A stretch of DNA of 59,881 nt, counting the filler, from Sphacelaria rigidula (Eukaryota), in the NCBI GenBank assembly GCA_964200075.2. It is 6 parts of 6 records of this genome, joined end to end, with 100 filler letters (N's around TTAATTAATTAA, not from the genome) between each part and the next. Parts side by side here need not be neighbours in the genome. Positions count along the whole stretch, not along the records: positions 9,999 to 19,896 come from CAXNAA020007530.1; positions 19,997 to 29,893 come from CAXNAA020007531.1; 4 more parts are not named here. One strand, 5' to 3'. The position numbers were made by a program, and so were the translations under genes. Positions 11,041 to 23,984 of this stretch are shown piece by piece. Under the pieces are notes generated by a model. The model did not search any database, was not told where the DNA came from, and worked only from the letters and a program-made list of their open reading frames with translations. The stretch's first letter is position 1, and each line of letters begins with the position of its first letter.

Positions 11041-11400
11041 TATGTGTGTGTTGTCGTCCCATCTATTCTGGACGCCGGTCTGCACCTTTCGGTGTATGTA
11101 GGCGCACCAGCCGGGGACCATACAGGAGAAAGCTCAACACCGGAGCCTTTTCTTTTTTATTTGTCTTAAGTATCCCACCTCCCTGCGGTGCTTGCCTTTA
11201 TTTTTTATCGTGAGAGGGGTTCAGCAGTCCCTTTTCCTCGTCGACCGTCAAGTCGAATTATGTATACCCACGACATGGTCGCTCTCCTCTGTTGGGCATG
11301 GTGTGCGAAAAAATTCCAGATCGCTCCGAAATTTGAAGCCACGACCCAACAACCGTCAGAAGGTTTCGAGGTGACCAACTGAGCCACCGGGGCGACCGGC
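11041..11400 (-). mobile_element. Full-length tRNA-derived SINE, family 1
   Basis: A-box TGGCTCAGTTGG, B-box-like GCTTCAAAT, shared body and 3' tail AGAATAGATGGGACGACAACACAC. Confidence 0.9.
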
Positions 11401-13450
11401 AGTTGTACGAGGAAATAAAATAGCAAGATCCACATTAAAACTCACATAACGCGATGCGAGAAAAATACGGATACACAATAAAGAAGATAATACGTATGGC
11501 AAGCCTCATCAGAAGATCCCGTAATTCGTGCCTGACATGAAAAAGTTCATGTTATTATTTACTCTATTTTTTTCAATTATATTATTATGTTTGTCACATT
11601 AGCTCGATCTGTCATATCCGTGGTCACAGAGTGCAAGGAGCGTATCACCCAAACCCACCAATCAAACAGCCTTCAGAGGAAAGCTAGAGACAAGACATCT
11701 ACACAAAAAAGAGCACCTACACCACGATAGATCCGTATGAAACCAATTGAACTGCAGGAGACCTACACTCTATTGTTGCTTTTTCCCGGCTGGGGAGAAT
11801 GGAGGATGGGTTGTGTCCGTGAAAAAACGTTATAACGTACCGTAGATGACACCCGGGGTTGATTTTCATGTGATTTTGAGTCTTTCCAGCAATACGTGAT
11901 GAGGGACTTCGCAACGTCGAAGCTCCTGTGGCTTGAAAACTTCATGTATTTCACCTCTGTACTTAAGATTATTGATTGTGTGGGGTATTTCCTGTTTCTC
12001 AAGACAATAGATATTGGAAACTATAAACGAGGGGGTGTTGAATCATGTTGCGTACACTACATGCTGCGTACCCAACAAGCCAAAGTACGCTAATGCGTTC
12101 ACTTATCCCGCTTGACAAACTTGGCCCCACAGCACACTCTGTTGTAAATCGTGTGATCACAAACGAGTGCATCACCTGTCTCCATTCATTGAACGATGGA
12201 CAATAAACGACCAGGTTGGCGGATTATATTGTATTCTCCGCCCGCCCCCACCTCCCCGGTACATTCAGTGCAAGAGTACTGAAAACTAAGTGAGTACGGT
12301 ACCGAGTACAGATGCTGTACTATCTATAGTTCAGCACTACATTTAGTAAAGCGCAGTGAACTAACTTACTCCAGACAAGTCGCTTGTGGGCGCATTGACT
12401 GTTGAAGAATTGATCCGCACGTCCGGCGCACCAAGAAAAAAGAGCGCTAGTCGTACTGCTCTACTCAAGGATAGCGGGAAGCCACCCGATAAACTACTCG
12501 AAAACGGTGTTACAAGGTACTGTTGAGGCGAAGAAGAACGTGATACCCAGTTTGATTCGGTCCTGCACAAATAACAGGTGGAGTGCCAATCTTATTCACC
12601 TAAATCCCTTTTCCCTTCGCCTTTTGTAGCTCCCGCTCATCTGTGCGCTTCAATTGGTTCTGTCCCGCGTCAGGATTGATCAAGAAGTTTATCCGAAATT
12701 TTTGATCATAAATATAAAACCATATCTATCGATATTTTTCAATATGAATATCGAACTATATACACCACAAAACTAGTACAACGTGGAGGCCGAAAACCCG
12801 ATATATAGGCCATAATTACCGCTGGGGTCGAGAGAATAAATATTGGCCGTATTTGGTCATTCTTTCATCATCAAACATTCTTTATATATATGACCAAAAT
12901 TCCAGAAGAGTCCTAAGAAAAATCGCGTTCTTGTCACCTCGGTACAGGGCACACAACACAGAGGGGTTCTTTTCTTTCGTGGTCATCCCAACGGGAACAC
13001 AGTGGACAAAGGCGGCTCAACGGGTCCAACGGTGGAAGAGACTCGGCCAACCGCTCTGCGTGACGGACACGGCTTGTGCTAGCCACGAGCGCACGACTAT
13101 AAGCCGTGCGCCCCCCCAGGTGTTTCTGTCGCGTCCGTTTCGAGGTTGGCTTGTGTCCCACTGCCGAGAGTAATTATTTGCCTGAGGGGTGTTTTCCCTG
13201 AGGAGGTTGGTACACACAGCGGCACACAGCTTCCTTTTGTGGCAGTCGAAGGCTTCTCGTGGTGTTGCTAAGTGTTATTTCTCCAAGGGCGGGCGCTAGT
13301 ACCCAGTTGTTGCTGCCGTTCCCGCGGACCGGGGTCCTTAGAAAAATAGCTTGGCGCGGGCGCGTCCGTTGCTTTTCTTGTTTTGAATCTCGGTAGAATA
13401 GCGCACATTCGTTCACACTCCCTGCATCATCAGGAGCAGGAACAGGCATC

Positions 13451-14827
13451 ATGCAGCTGCGCAAGTCAACTGACAAATCGTCCTCAAAGGACAGCTCCAA
13501 CAGCAGCAGCTCGAGCAGCAGTATCAGCCTGCTCAAGCGAAGCAACAGCTCCGCTGCTAGTTCAGATGGAGACAGAAAGGGGGACAAGTCGAAGGACTCG
13601 GCATCTGCAACTGGGCCGGACACAAGTCTGTCCAGCGGGGATTTCCCTCCAGTTATGGCTAAATTTCTGGCCACGCGCGGTGCTGCGCGAGGGCGCTCAA
13701 CGAAGGCCTCCGTGGAATTGCAGGAGCAGATAAGCCAGCGCTCCAAAAAAATCAGCGGGCGATGGGCCGACCTCGAGAAGCAATGGCGCGGCCTTGAGAA
13801 GGAGCGAAAAGAATCTGCGTCTACGTACGGGGTGGTTGGGGGGGGCGGTGCTATTGTCTAGCTGAATGTTGGGGGCACGGACATGGATGTGCTGAGGACA
13901 GACTTGGTAAGGGCAGAGGATTCTGTTCTTGCCAACATGTTCAGTGGGAGGTGGGAAGGCAGGCTGCCGAGGGACTCCAGGGGAAGGGTTTTCGTGGATG
14001 TGTCCCCCACGAGCTTTCGAAAAGTTGTCGGCTTTTTGGTCAAGCTAGGGATAGCTACGCCAGGAAAAGTGCTAGAGCTGCCGACGCTAACCCCCGATGA
14101 ACAACCAGCATTTGACCACTTGGTTCTCGTGTTGGGCCTGTGGCCGCACGTGTACGAAGGAAAAACCGCCGCCACGGTCACGGGTCCTTCCCTGCAGAAA
14201 CAAGCCGAGGACGAATTGGTACGCGCTCCGCCTGTGGAGCCTTCAGATGCGAAGAGATTCGGGCAGGCGGTTGCCCAGAGTTTCGCAGCCGAGGAAATCG
14301 CCCTGGAGAAAGCCGCTGTCGAGCTCGAGGAAGCCCGCAAGCGGTTTGACAAGGAGGTGGACTCGATCAACAACTTTGCGGGCGCGCCCGCCGGCTTTGG
14401 TGGCGAATCGCGCAATCAGACTGGCAAGGACGACGACATCGTCGAGTTGAATATTGGGGGTACCATGGCAGCAACCAGGCGGTCGACCCTCTGCAGGGCG
14501 TCCGATTCGGTACTCGCCAGGATGTTCGATCACAGTAACGAGAGTCGAGCGCCGCCATTTGTAAGGGACACGAAGGGCAGGTATTTTGTGCAGTACAACG
14601 ACTACTGCTTCGCGAAGATTATCGAGGTTCTGAGGAGCAAGCGTTGGCCGTGGCCCCCGTCCACCTCTCACCTCAAGGATGGAGCCGGCGGCAATTTGGA
14701 ACTATCGGGGGCGACCGCTGACAGATTTAAGACGTATATCCGAGACGATGAGCGAGAGGACTTTGGATCCCTTGTGTCCTACTTCTTCCCTGGATGCGAG
14801 AGGTTTATTATGGAGGCTGTAGGGCGG
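13451..14827 (+). pseudogene. Coiled-coil plus double BTB/POZ (KCTD/T1-type) protein, large exon carrying one in-frame TAG (13859-13861)
   Basis: ORFs 13451-13861 and 13883-15007 are in the same frame. BTB1: AIV*LNVGGTDMDVLRTDL..DSVLANMFSGRWEGRLPRDSRGRVFVD. BTB2: IVELNIGGTMAATRRSTL..DSVLARMF..RDTKGRYF. Likely splice donor GTGAGT at 14828; downstream exons not resolved. Confidence 0.8.
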
Positions 14828-17800
14828 GTGAGTGTTTTCCGAATTGGGTTAGGGCTCGGCGTGGAGGGGAGGGACTTGAATGGGATCTCGGTCAATGTCG
14901 AAGGATGCAAACTTCGTGTTGTACCAAGGACTCGAATTGCCCCAAAAGCGAAAGTAGAAACAAACCTTGTTTGCTGTGTTCTTGTCATACATATTATTCT
15001 TCATTAATCGTACAGCATGTGTCGTTTGCACCTGCGTGTTTATCCTGATCCCTACACGTAGGACACAGGTCACTGCAAGTCACGAGTCTCCTCTCTCGGC
15101 TGGAATTTGTTACACAACACTAGATATTCTCTTCTTCCTAATACTACCTTATGATGTACGTGAAACGATCTGGGCACCTTCTTCTTCGAGTACGTCCCCC
15201 TGCTGCCCCTCCCGTCCATCTCGTCACCATAAGCGAAGAGTAACCTCGACGCATATAAATTGCACGGAACAGGCGCGAGGGGTCTCTCAAAATAACATCA
15301 TGACTGTGGTGTACATTATTATAGATGAATAAACACTGCTCCTCGCTTCGTGCGATTTGTTCTGTCATACGGGATTAGCATCAGCATTTGGCTGAAGCTG
15401 CTCCAAGGAAACTTGAGAAATAGTCTTGATTGCAATTTTTCTTTTACATAACTGTATAAGCGACTGTATGCTGCTGTTTATGAGAGGACAAGCACCCGGG
15501 CAGTACGACCTGGAATCTGTAATTTCTGGTCAGGATACATCCGATGTAGGCTATACCAAAGTCGATAAATTATGCAACAAGGAGTAGAGTCTACATTTAC
15601 AGGCAAATGCGGCCAACTTGATAAAACTTATGATGCATCATTAGCAGTCACACACACACCACTTGATTGTCGCACTTTCACTGACCTTCCGGGGAGACAG
15701 CCGTGGTCACATTAAAAACGGGTTTTGGAGTTTTGTCACAAAATGCAGAGGGCACACAAAATTGTTCCGCGTATGTATGCGCAATGCGTCCAACTTGGTG
15801 ATGAGATCTTCCCACAACGACAGGGGTGATGGTGGCACTGCGCTGGTCAACCGACACAGACCACCGGTCAGCCCCCGAATTTGGCCGCAGCGTAGGTTCA
15901 TGTGTCGCTACCGTAGTTTTTCTCATGCCTCTTGATCTCTATGGAGAACATCAGGCTGTTGTTGCCCATTCGTAGCGCATTCGGGTGCCACACGGTAGGC
16001 TTTCATCGTCATTGCGACGTGACCTGTTTTGCCACAATTTGGTCGAGGATCAGGGCTTGTGAAGTGTTCCTTCGGTTTTTTACATGGCGATTTCGTGTTC
16101 GTGTGTTGCAACCATCGAGAGTGTGCTCTGCGGAAAGGTGCCTTTCATCACCCTCGCTCTTGTCATCGAAACATGGGAACATGTTGACCCGTTTTGATCT
16201 CTGAGGGTACTGTTGAGATATATCTCTGCATGAGCATTTGTAGACCACATCAACACGAGAAGGGCACGGGCAAGACTCCACGTTGCATTACTGGTGCGCT
16301 CCACGGACATACAGTATGTGAGAACCTGTCTATGGAAGTGGTGCTCATGCACATGTATTTATTGTGGCACATCTCTGGACGCACTGCGGCACATCCAAAA
16401 CACCTACACCTTGCTCTGTGCGTTGTTGCCGTGGTCAGGCCCCTGTGTTGTTGGATATTTGGATCCCTGGTAAAAGGAGACGGCGGGGCTGAGCCGTGCG
16501 GTGACAGCCGAACCATACGAACAGTTGCAACAAACAGATCATGAGGGGGTTGGTCAAAGTTTCCTATTTCTGGAGGGGGTTGGGATTGTCTTTCGGCAGT
16601 TTTGTGATACAAAAACGATACTCTACAGGGCAGTACGAACCGTTTTTGTTTGGGGCTGCTGTGGACGATTCGCGTCGACGACCGGCCACTTGTGCAACAG
16701 TTCAACTCTGTATTGGGTCTGCGTATGCACACATTCCGTAGCCTGGCTTTTTGAGGCTGGGCATACTTCTGCGCTGTACCTCATCCCATCCTTTGCTGTT
16801 GTGCTGGCTCTCTGGTGCTACTGGGAGCGTTGCTCATTGTACAGTCGTGGTTAGCTCAGGGTTCGCTGATAAGTCTACACAAGTGGGGGCCGAGTGACGT
16901 GGAACAATGAATTCGACTCGCCATTCCCACTAGGCAGCGTGGTTCACACAACAAAGGGAAGCCGGGAAGACGTCTCTACCCAAAAAATCAGTTGTACGTT
17001 TCATCAGCACAGACTGGCACAGACGGGGAGATGAATGAATTATAATTTTAGTCCCTCTTCGCGTTCGTGTTTCCTCACGTCGGCAATAATTGACGGTGGA
17101 CGCACTTTTTGGCCGAATAACATGTACCGTGGCTTGCATTATCCCTCCGAAAAGGGGTTTTTGTTTTCAAATTATAGTACATGCTGTCGAGTCAGTATCT
17201 TGTCTATGCTACTGCAAAACTAGGATCACACTAGGACCGAGTGCAATTGTCACTCAGCCTAGAAAAACATGAAGTTTCCGGGAGTGAGGCTCCTGGCCAG
17301 CGATACCTGTCACGGATCCACCGATCCTGTAGGCCAACGCCTCAGAGTCGGTCGAGCCCCTGATTATAATATGTTCCGATTTGCTCCAGTGTCATCGGGA
17401 TTTTCCACTCTTTTGCTGAGTTTTTTCACCAGAGTCTCCATGACGCACGAAATTTCCTCGCCAAGGGGGCTGGTCCTGAAATCACCCGAAACCCTCAGGA
17501 AAGATCTGCCCCGCTTTTCGCAATCATTTACTGGACTTGTTTTCAGTCAGCTGTTGAGAGAGCGCAAGAACAGCCACGTGAAACACGTACGCATGCCCAA
17601 CGTGACTTCCCGCACCATCACTTTGTTCCAACAAATACAGAGAGACACGGGGAGGAGAAGGGGATGGGGGGGGGGGGCGGGGCGAGGGGAGAGCCTTTAC
17701 CTTCGACTAAAAGTAGCGATGATTATTGTTCTGGTCTGGGATCGTCTTGTAGTGTTTTATCTAGTGGTCATTTTGTTCTGAGTAGAGATCTTTCCGCAGT

Positions 17801-17991
17801 GTCTTGTCTAGTGGTATATTGTGGGGAGGGGAGAGGGACACCTTGAAGGTGTCGAGCGGATTACAGGGCTGTTGCACTGTACACGACTGTACACATAGTA
17901 CAGTATGTACACCGAGAACTACGAATTAAATCATGGCGGCACTCGTGTGTTGAAACATCATTTGATCAGTTCTTGAAATACGTGAGATGAC

Positions 17992-18494
17992 TGCACTAAA
18001 GACCACTCTGTGTGGCGACCAATCCGTACGTACAAATATCAGGATTTCAGTCCGTGTTGAAATCTGATTTCCTCGCCTGAATGGACTTCTCGGACCCCAG
18101 TCCGTTGGGCAATGCCTTTCGCCCAGCTGTAAGGAAACCATATCAATTCTCCGATTCTCTGGTCTGACCTTTGGTTCATCACCTTTCTGCTCAGATCGGG
18201 AGACTCCCGCATCCCCCCCGTTTCGCCCAGCTCTGAGGAAACCAGATAAATTCTCCGATTCTCTAAGCGCTGACTTTTGTCTCCCGCATCTGAACAGAAG
18301 GGTGATGAACCAAAAGTCAGCGCCCAGATAATCGAAGAATTTATCTGGTTTCCACAACGTGGGCGAAAAACATTGCCCAACGGGCTGGGGTCCGAAGAAT
18401 CAATACGCGGGGAGAAAATCGTATTTGCATGGGCTGAAATCCTCATATTTGTACAAAAAAGGATTGGCTGCCATACAAAGTGGTCTAAACAGCA
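17992..18494. mobile_element. Foldback/MITE-like long imperfect palindrome (~500 bp)
   Basis: ~200-bp arms (17992-18200 vs 18285-18494) are reverse complements. The centre holds a ~45-bp duplicate of part of the left arm. Confidence 0.8.
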
Positions 18495-18592
18495 ATATGC
18501 ATGAATGAAGCATTTTGAATCCGGCACGCACTTGCGGGGGTTATTCGGGCTTGCAAACATACATTTTATTCCATCACAGAAACCCCGGTTAA

Positions 18593-18695
18593 CCTTGGAC
18601 CGCGATGCGGGTAGTCCGCCCGGATCATGGATACGTTTTTCAAGTGAACTAGATGCCGATTCAACAGATGATGACCTACTCTCGCCGTCAAAGAG
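18593..18695. mobile_element. Small piggyBac-type MITE family, degenerate copy
   Basis: Follows TTAA and is similar to 51417-51522 and 48302-48419 (GATGCCGATTCA.CAGATGA). Confidence 0.6.
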
Positions 18696-18918
18696 TCGAA
18701 GCCGAACCACCCACGGGCCTCGTTGTCGAGGTTAAAAACGCTAGTTTGGCGGCCGGTAATATTAAAAAAGAAACCGAGCATATTGTATTAGAGGTGTGCT
18801 CTGTAGCGTGTCTATACCCGGAAGTTGCGGCATGTTGATTGGTCTACTACACCACATCGAAGTGTGTATCGAACATCCCGGTATGGTTCAGGTACACAAT
18901 GCCCGGTACCTATTTCAT

Positions 18919-19300
18919 GTGTGTCTTGTCATCCCATCTATTCTGGATACGAGTCTACATCTTTCGGTGTGGACGCATCAGGCGGGGTCACACAGGAGAA
19001 GAGCCAACATATACATATATATATATATATATATATTTTTTTTTTTCTTCATGTCATTCTGTGATAGTACTCCACCTGCCTTCTGCGGTACTTACATTTT
19101 TTGTCGCGAGAGGTTCAGCAGTCCCCTTCACACGTCGACCGTTGAGTCGATTTTTTGTGTACCGACGACGTGATCGTTCTCCACTGTTGAGCACGGTGTG
19201 TGAGAAATTTCCAGATCGTGTGACTTGACCAAGAGTTGAACCCACTACCCAACCCTCGAAAGGTCTCGAGGTTTCCAACTGAGGCACCGGGACAATCGGC
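18919..19300 (-). mobile_element. Full-length SINE family 1
   Basis: Head, body and tail match the other copies. Probable TSD TATTTCAT (18911-18918 and 19303-19310). Internal (TA)n expansion. Confidence 0.9.
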
Positions 19301-19358
19301 TTTATTTCATACCTGGTACTTGACCAACGACCTGAATTTCAGCCGGTATATCCTACAA

Positions 19359-19706
19359 GCCGGTCGCCCCGGTGCTCAGTTCTCAACCCCGAAACCTTTT
19401 GACGGTTCGGTCGTGAGTTCAAATCTCGCGATCTGTTTTTTTTTCTCACACCATGCCCAAAAGTGAAAAGCGGCTGTGTCGTGGATACAAAAAAATCGAC
19501 GTCATGGTCGACGAGAGAGAATGACTGCTGAACCCCTCCCGCGATAAGAAAGGAAGTGCAAGCACCGCAGAAGAAAGATGGAGAAATAAAGACGAACACA
19601 AAAGAAAATAGAGATCCTGTGTTGTTGGCCTTCATCCTCTGTGAACGCGGCTGGTGGTCCCATATACCGAGATTTGAAGACCGGCGTCCAAAATAGATGA
19701 GATGAC

Positions 19707-19752
<46 letters not shown>

Positions 19753-19765
19753 CGCACGCACGCAC
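19359..19765 (+). mobile_element. Full-length SINE family 1 with expanded (CA)n tail
   Basis: Head GCCGGTCGCCCCGGTG, B-box GAGTTCAAATC, probable TSD ATCCTACA (19350-19357 and 19766-19773). Confidence 0.9.
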
Positions 19766-19896
19766 ATCCTACATACCAAAAGGAATATTTCAACACTTGT
19801 TTTGATTACAGGGTGGGCCGCCCAAGAAGCTCGTTTTCCTTCAGCCCGTTCTAACTGACGACGTATCGAGAGTTGTGCCCACTACAACACATCGTG

Positions 19897-19996
19897 NNNN
19901 NNNNNNNNNNNNNNNNNNNNNNNNNNNNNNNNNNNNNNNNTTAATTAATTAANNNNNNNNNNNNNNNNNNNNNNNNNNNNNNNNNNNNNNNNNNNN
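19897..19996. other. Artificial contig linker
   Basis: N44-TTAATTAATTAA-N44. Confidence 0.99.
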
Positions 19997-20129
19997 CCAT
20001 TCCATGTGTCTGGGCTGCGTGTACCTTGGTTGCAACGCTGAAAACAAAGCCTAGGGATTGATTAGTACGATTCGAATCAATTACACGAAAACAAAGTAAT
20101 TTACAGACAAATCATTGATTTGTCCGACC

Positions 20130-20807
20130 CTTGAAACTTTGTACAAGTGTTACTTGGACTACTTCCGGGATGCATAATTTTACTATTTTTCTTTTGAGGC
20201 ATTATGTACCGCCTTTCGGGAGTCTTCATACTGGGACCCCCGGAAGCCGGTAGAAAACGGAGAAACCACGAAATATTGTCAGGAATACATTTTCCCCATT
20301 CTGAGCATCAATACCTACGGAAGTGCCAAGTTTGAGGGCGATCCGAGCCTTTCTACAACAGATATAGGGGACACCGTCACAAGGCTCCCTGGGTCTTTCG
20401 TGCCTATCATGAATGGAAATTAGACGACGCCAACACCCGACATCACAGAAACATCACGGTTTCCGGTGTACTTCGACCCCCGTAGTAACCGTGCTCAAAT
20501 ATGTTTTTTTTCGTTAGATTCCCGAGCCGAGGGCGGTTACTACGATTTGAAGCATGTGGAGCTTGGGTGAAAATTGGGCTTGGAATTCGTAATTTCAAAC
20601 TCGAAACAACCTGACGGGAGCTGATTGGTCGATCTACCTTTTCGCCCTTGGCGCTACCACTATGGCCTTACACACAAACCCGGCTATGTCACGCTCTTCA
20701 GCTGTCAATGGCGGTCAGTATGATATCATATATGCGACTATTGAGGAGGTATTGCGAAAGGCATTTATTGATGACACAATTTTGGGTGATGGGCGTGAAC
20801 CAGCCTG
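20130..20807. mobile_element. Diverged relative of the 271-1387 Tc1/mariner-type element (right part)
   Basis: Collinear with ~720-1387 and ends TGAACCAGCCTG|TA. Confidence 0.8.
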
Positions 20808-21604
20808 TAGTTATTTCACATTCTGCCACTATGTGAGTTATTCTTTCTATTGCTTTGCCACAGGTGCACTTCTGAGCATCCACTTCCTCCCCCACTCGGT
20901 TACTGGTATTCCTCTTCTTTCGGGCAGGTCCAGGCCCCCCACCCGAATTCGCAGTTCTCGATTCTTCTCGCTGAGTCTGTTGGGTCATGCAAATATGTTT
21001 TCACCCCTATCCCCTCTCTCCACCCCCCGTATATCTTTAGGTGCTATTCCTCGTCTACTTTCCGTCTTAGCGCTTAAGCGTGGGAGGGGTGAGGGGTGAG
21101 GGATAATCTCATGAAACTCGTTCAAAAACAGTGTAATTCCGCGCGTATTCAGCTCCAATCTGGAGATTGCGCTGATCGCAATCGCACCAGCCTCAGCTAT
21201 CGACGAACATACCATCAAAACAACTCTCCCCCCCAATCGGTCTGTGCACCCACGCTGTGGTGTACCCACGCCGGATGGCCAACGTTCTACCGACAAGGAC
21301 CCCAAACACGTGTACAGGGTAATATATGCCCGCACACATCACAACCCAACCTAACTATACCATCACGCCGTCTGTCGGCAATACAATAGTGGGGGCACAG
21401 TGGTTCTGTCGACCCACGACTTGCTCCGTTTCACTACGCATACAAGCGACGGGAACGCGCCTGCGACTGAAAAAATCGGAATGAATTCCCTCATGATCGC
21501 GTGCTAGCAATCCCCTCCGTGTCTGTTCATAAGAGGATAAACGGATAGACCGTCGCAGGAACCGCCGACTTCGTCACATAGCATATACCTGCTGGACCTT
21601 GCCA

Positions 21605-22600
21605 TCAAACACTCTCTTCTGCATCAGTTCCTCCGTCGGGAGCATCGAGCTGGTGTTCAAAATAGATGTTTGGAAAAATAATCATGTCACTGCCAACACT
21701 TCTGTGGGAAAATTCAGCCCCAGTTAAAACCGTTGATGGGAAAAACCCGATACTCGGAGAGAAAAACTCCCGACAGTGGCACCATGCGCCGCAACTGAAC
21801 ACAACCTAATAAACGTCAAGGGAGGGGCGGGCGGGAAAAACTCACACACCAACGAACCGAGATGCTGTTATGATCGCGCCGCACCCGTCTCCCGGATCTC
21901 ACAAGCCTCGAACTCGATCCACACACCGCTATTGTCGCTTAACCGTAAACGTAGATGCACTTGCCCTTGGACCTTGCTGCTTCTACCACACTGCACTGTC
22001 CCACCTGGCTCATCACGCAGGCAATCGTGCAGGCCAATGTGTTCTGAAATGGCTTTTAGGAAATCAACAGCCATGACCATCTGAGTAAGTTCTACCCGCT
22101 CCTGCACAAAACAATTATTCGTCCCTGACACAGGTTCGAAAACTTTGTGTATTCGTTAAGACCAAAGGATATTTGATCTTGACAGAGACCAGACGGCATC
22201 ATTTTGACTCGAAGAATGGATGTGAGACCCACACCATCCCATGGTACAAGCTGGGCATACATGCGGGGTAGTGACGCCTCCGGCCTGGCTATGTGATGGC
22301 AGAGGTCCTTGTCCCATCATCACGTTGACCGAAACGGATGCCAGGGCAGCACCATTATTTACAGCCGTGTGTGCTGCCGAAGGGTTCTCTGTCACAGCAG
22401 GCGGCCGAATCTGACCGGCTTGTTGCTCACCACGTGAAGCTCAGCTTTGTCTGTGCCTTCTCGGTAGGCCCTGGCCTTCAAGGTAAACCTGACGTGTTTG
22501 AAGAGCTGTTTTCGTGCCTGTCTCACCTATCTCCCGATATTTCGCCAGGCACGTGTAGTTACGCTTACAGGCCCTTCCAGGCACTCAGAAATAACGCCAT
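21605..22600 (-). pseudogene. Possible degenerate or spliced coding region of unknown product
   Basis: Consecutive same-frame protein-like ORFs (22156-22395, 21868-22131, 21605-21802) separated by stops. No recognisable domain. Confidence 0.25.
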
Positions 22601-23984
22601 TAGTCTGGGACTCCCAAATTCAAGGGAAATAGGACATTATGTACGCAGGGTTCTGCAGGGCACGGCAGGCCAGCGTCCACCGAATGATCCCAAAAAGAAA
22701 GTGATTGCACGCATCTTGTACATAGCTGATGTGAGGTACGTTGTAGTCGACGATCGATGATTATGCTACCTCGATCATAAAAGTCGTACCTACATCACAT
22801 ATGTCGTTGTGCTGCTGCTGTTGTCTTGTTGTGCATGAGCTACAGGTGCTGTGCATATGCAATATTACATGGAATCAAACCACGGCTTCTTTCATATGGG
22901 TAAACGTATAATATGCTACACATGTGTACTGAAAACAGCGTGCCGCTGTTGATACTTTACGATGCTCCTGGCACATGCCGGAACTGTTAGACGCGAGATA
23001 GGCTACGAGCTGGGCCAGCCTAGAAACGGGATTGTAGGCTGCAGGCGCTTACTTTAGCAGCGGCTTTGATAGTTGTGCTCTGAAACGTGGTATGGAAAAT
23101 CACAGGGGTATATGAAACAAAGAGCAAGAGACATGAGTGGGTGCGTGCTACCACCATGTTTCGTGTTCATCGCCATGTACTTTTGTCGCTTTTCCAGCTG
23201 TTGTTGATGATTGTATTTTTCCCATTTCGCTTGTGCAAGTCCTTCTCATATTCTTGGCAGCGAACGCTTCCCAGGTTTACGCTACGACTTTCAGCAGCAG
23301 CTGTTCTGTGCGGCTTCTTTTATTCACGACATGTTCAGCAGCGTGCTACTTGGTTGAGATGACGTCTAGTGTACTTTGCGCGTTTGCTGTTTCGCCTGGC
23401 ATTCCTGTAATCATGCCCAACCTTGGGTTTCATCATTCACCCCTGTTTTTCGCTTTCGATTCTGGCGATTTCACTTCTTTGTTTTGTGTCGCGTCTCATT
23501 TCTAGACTCTATCATGATATGCTTTGCGGGCTCGCGCTTTATTTGTTACGACCAACGGAAGTATGCGCTAATGCTTGTGCTTGTACCGTCTTGTCCTGTC
23601 CTTGGAATATGCCGCGTCACGGTAGTATTTCTCTCCCTTTTCACGGCGGCCACGATCCGCTGCCGCGTATTCGTCATCTTGCCTTCTGGTCTTTTTTGCC
23701 CACTCACAGACACATACATTCGCCGTCAGCAGCTCGCTGTTCCCATCCGCTTGTTGCTCGCTTGTGATGCATTCGTTCACCCAAGGAAACCCAAAAGGCG
23801 TCGGTATCACACGTATTCGGCAACTTTGGTTGAGATGGCTCCCGTTCAATCGAGTCCCGCGGCGAGCGCCGCATGATATTATACACCACTACACAACGTT
23901 TCCAGTCGTTTAGTCATGCGTGCAATCTCAACATCACGAGTACCACGGTCGCTCCGCACATGCACTTTCCTTCATCACTGACAG

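Noticed and set aside
14828..15007. C-terminal 59 aa of the 374-aa BTB ORF
   Set aside because: Follows a GTGAGT donor and loses protein-like character. Likely intron read-through.
16470..16590. TLDc-like downstream exon for the BTB gene (DGGAEPCGDSRTI..GGWS)
   Set aside because: The resemblance is faint, it contains a stop, and no convincing splice sites were found.
18039..18710. 223-aa and neighbouring ORFs
   Set aside because: They span a foldback element and a MITE. Mirror-image peptides on both strands show they arise from the palindrome.
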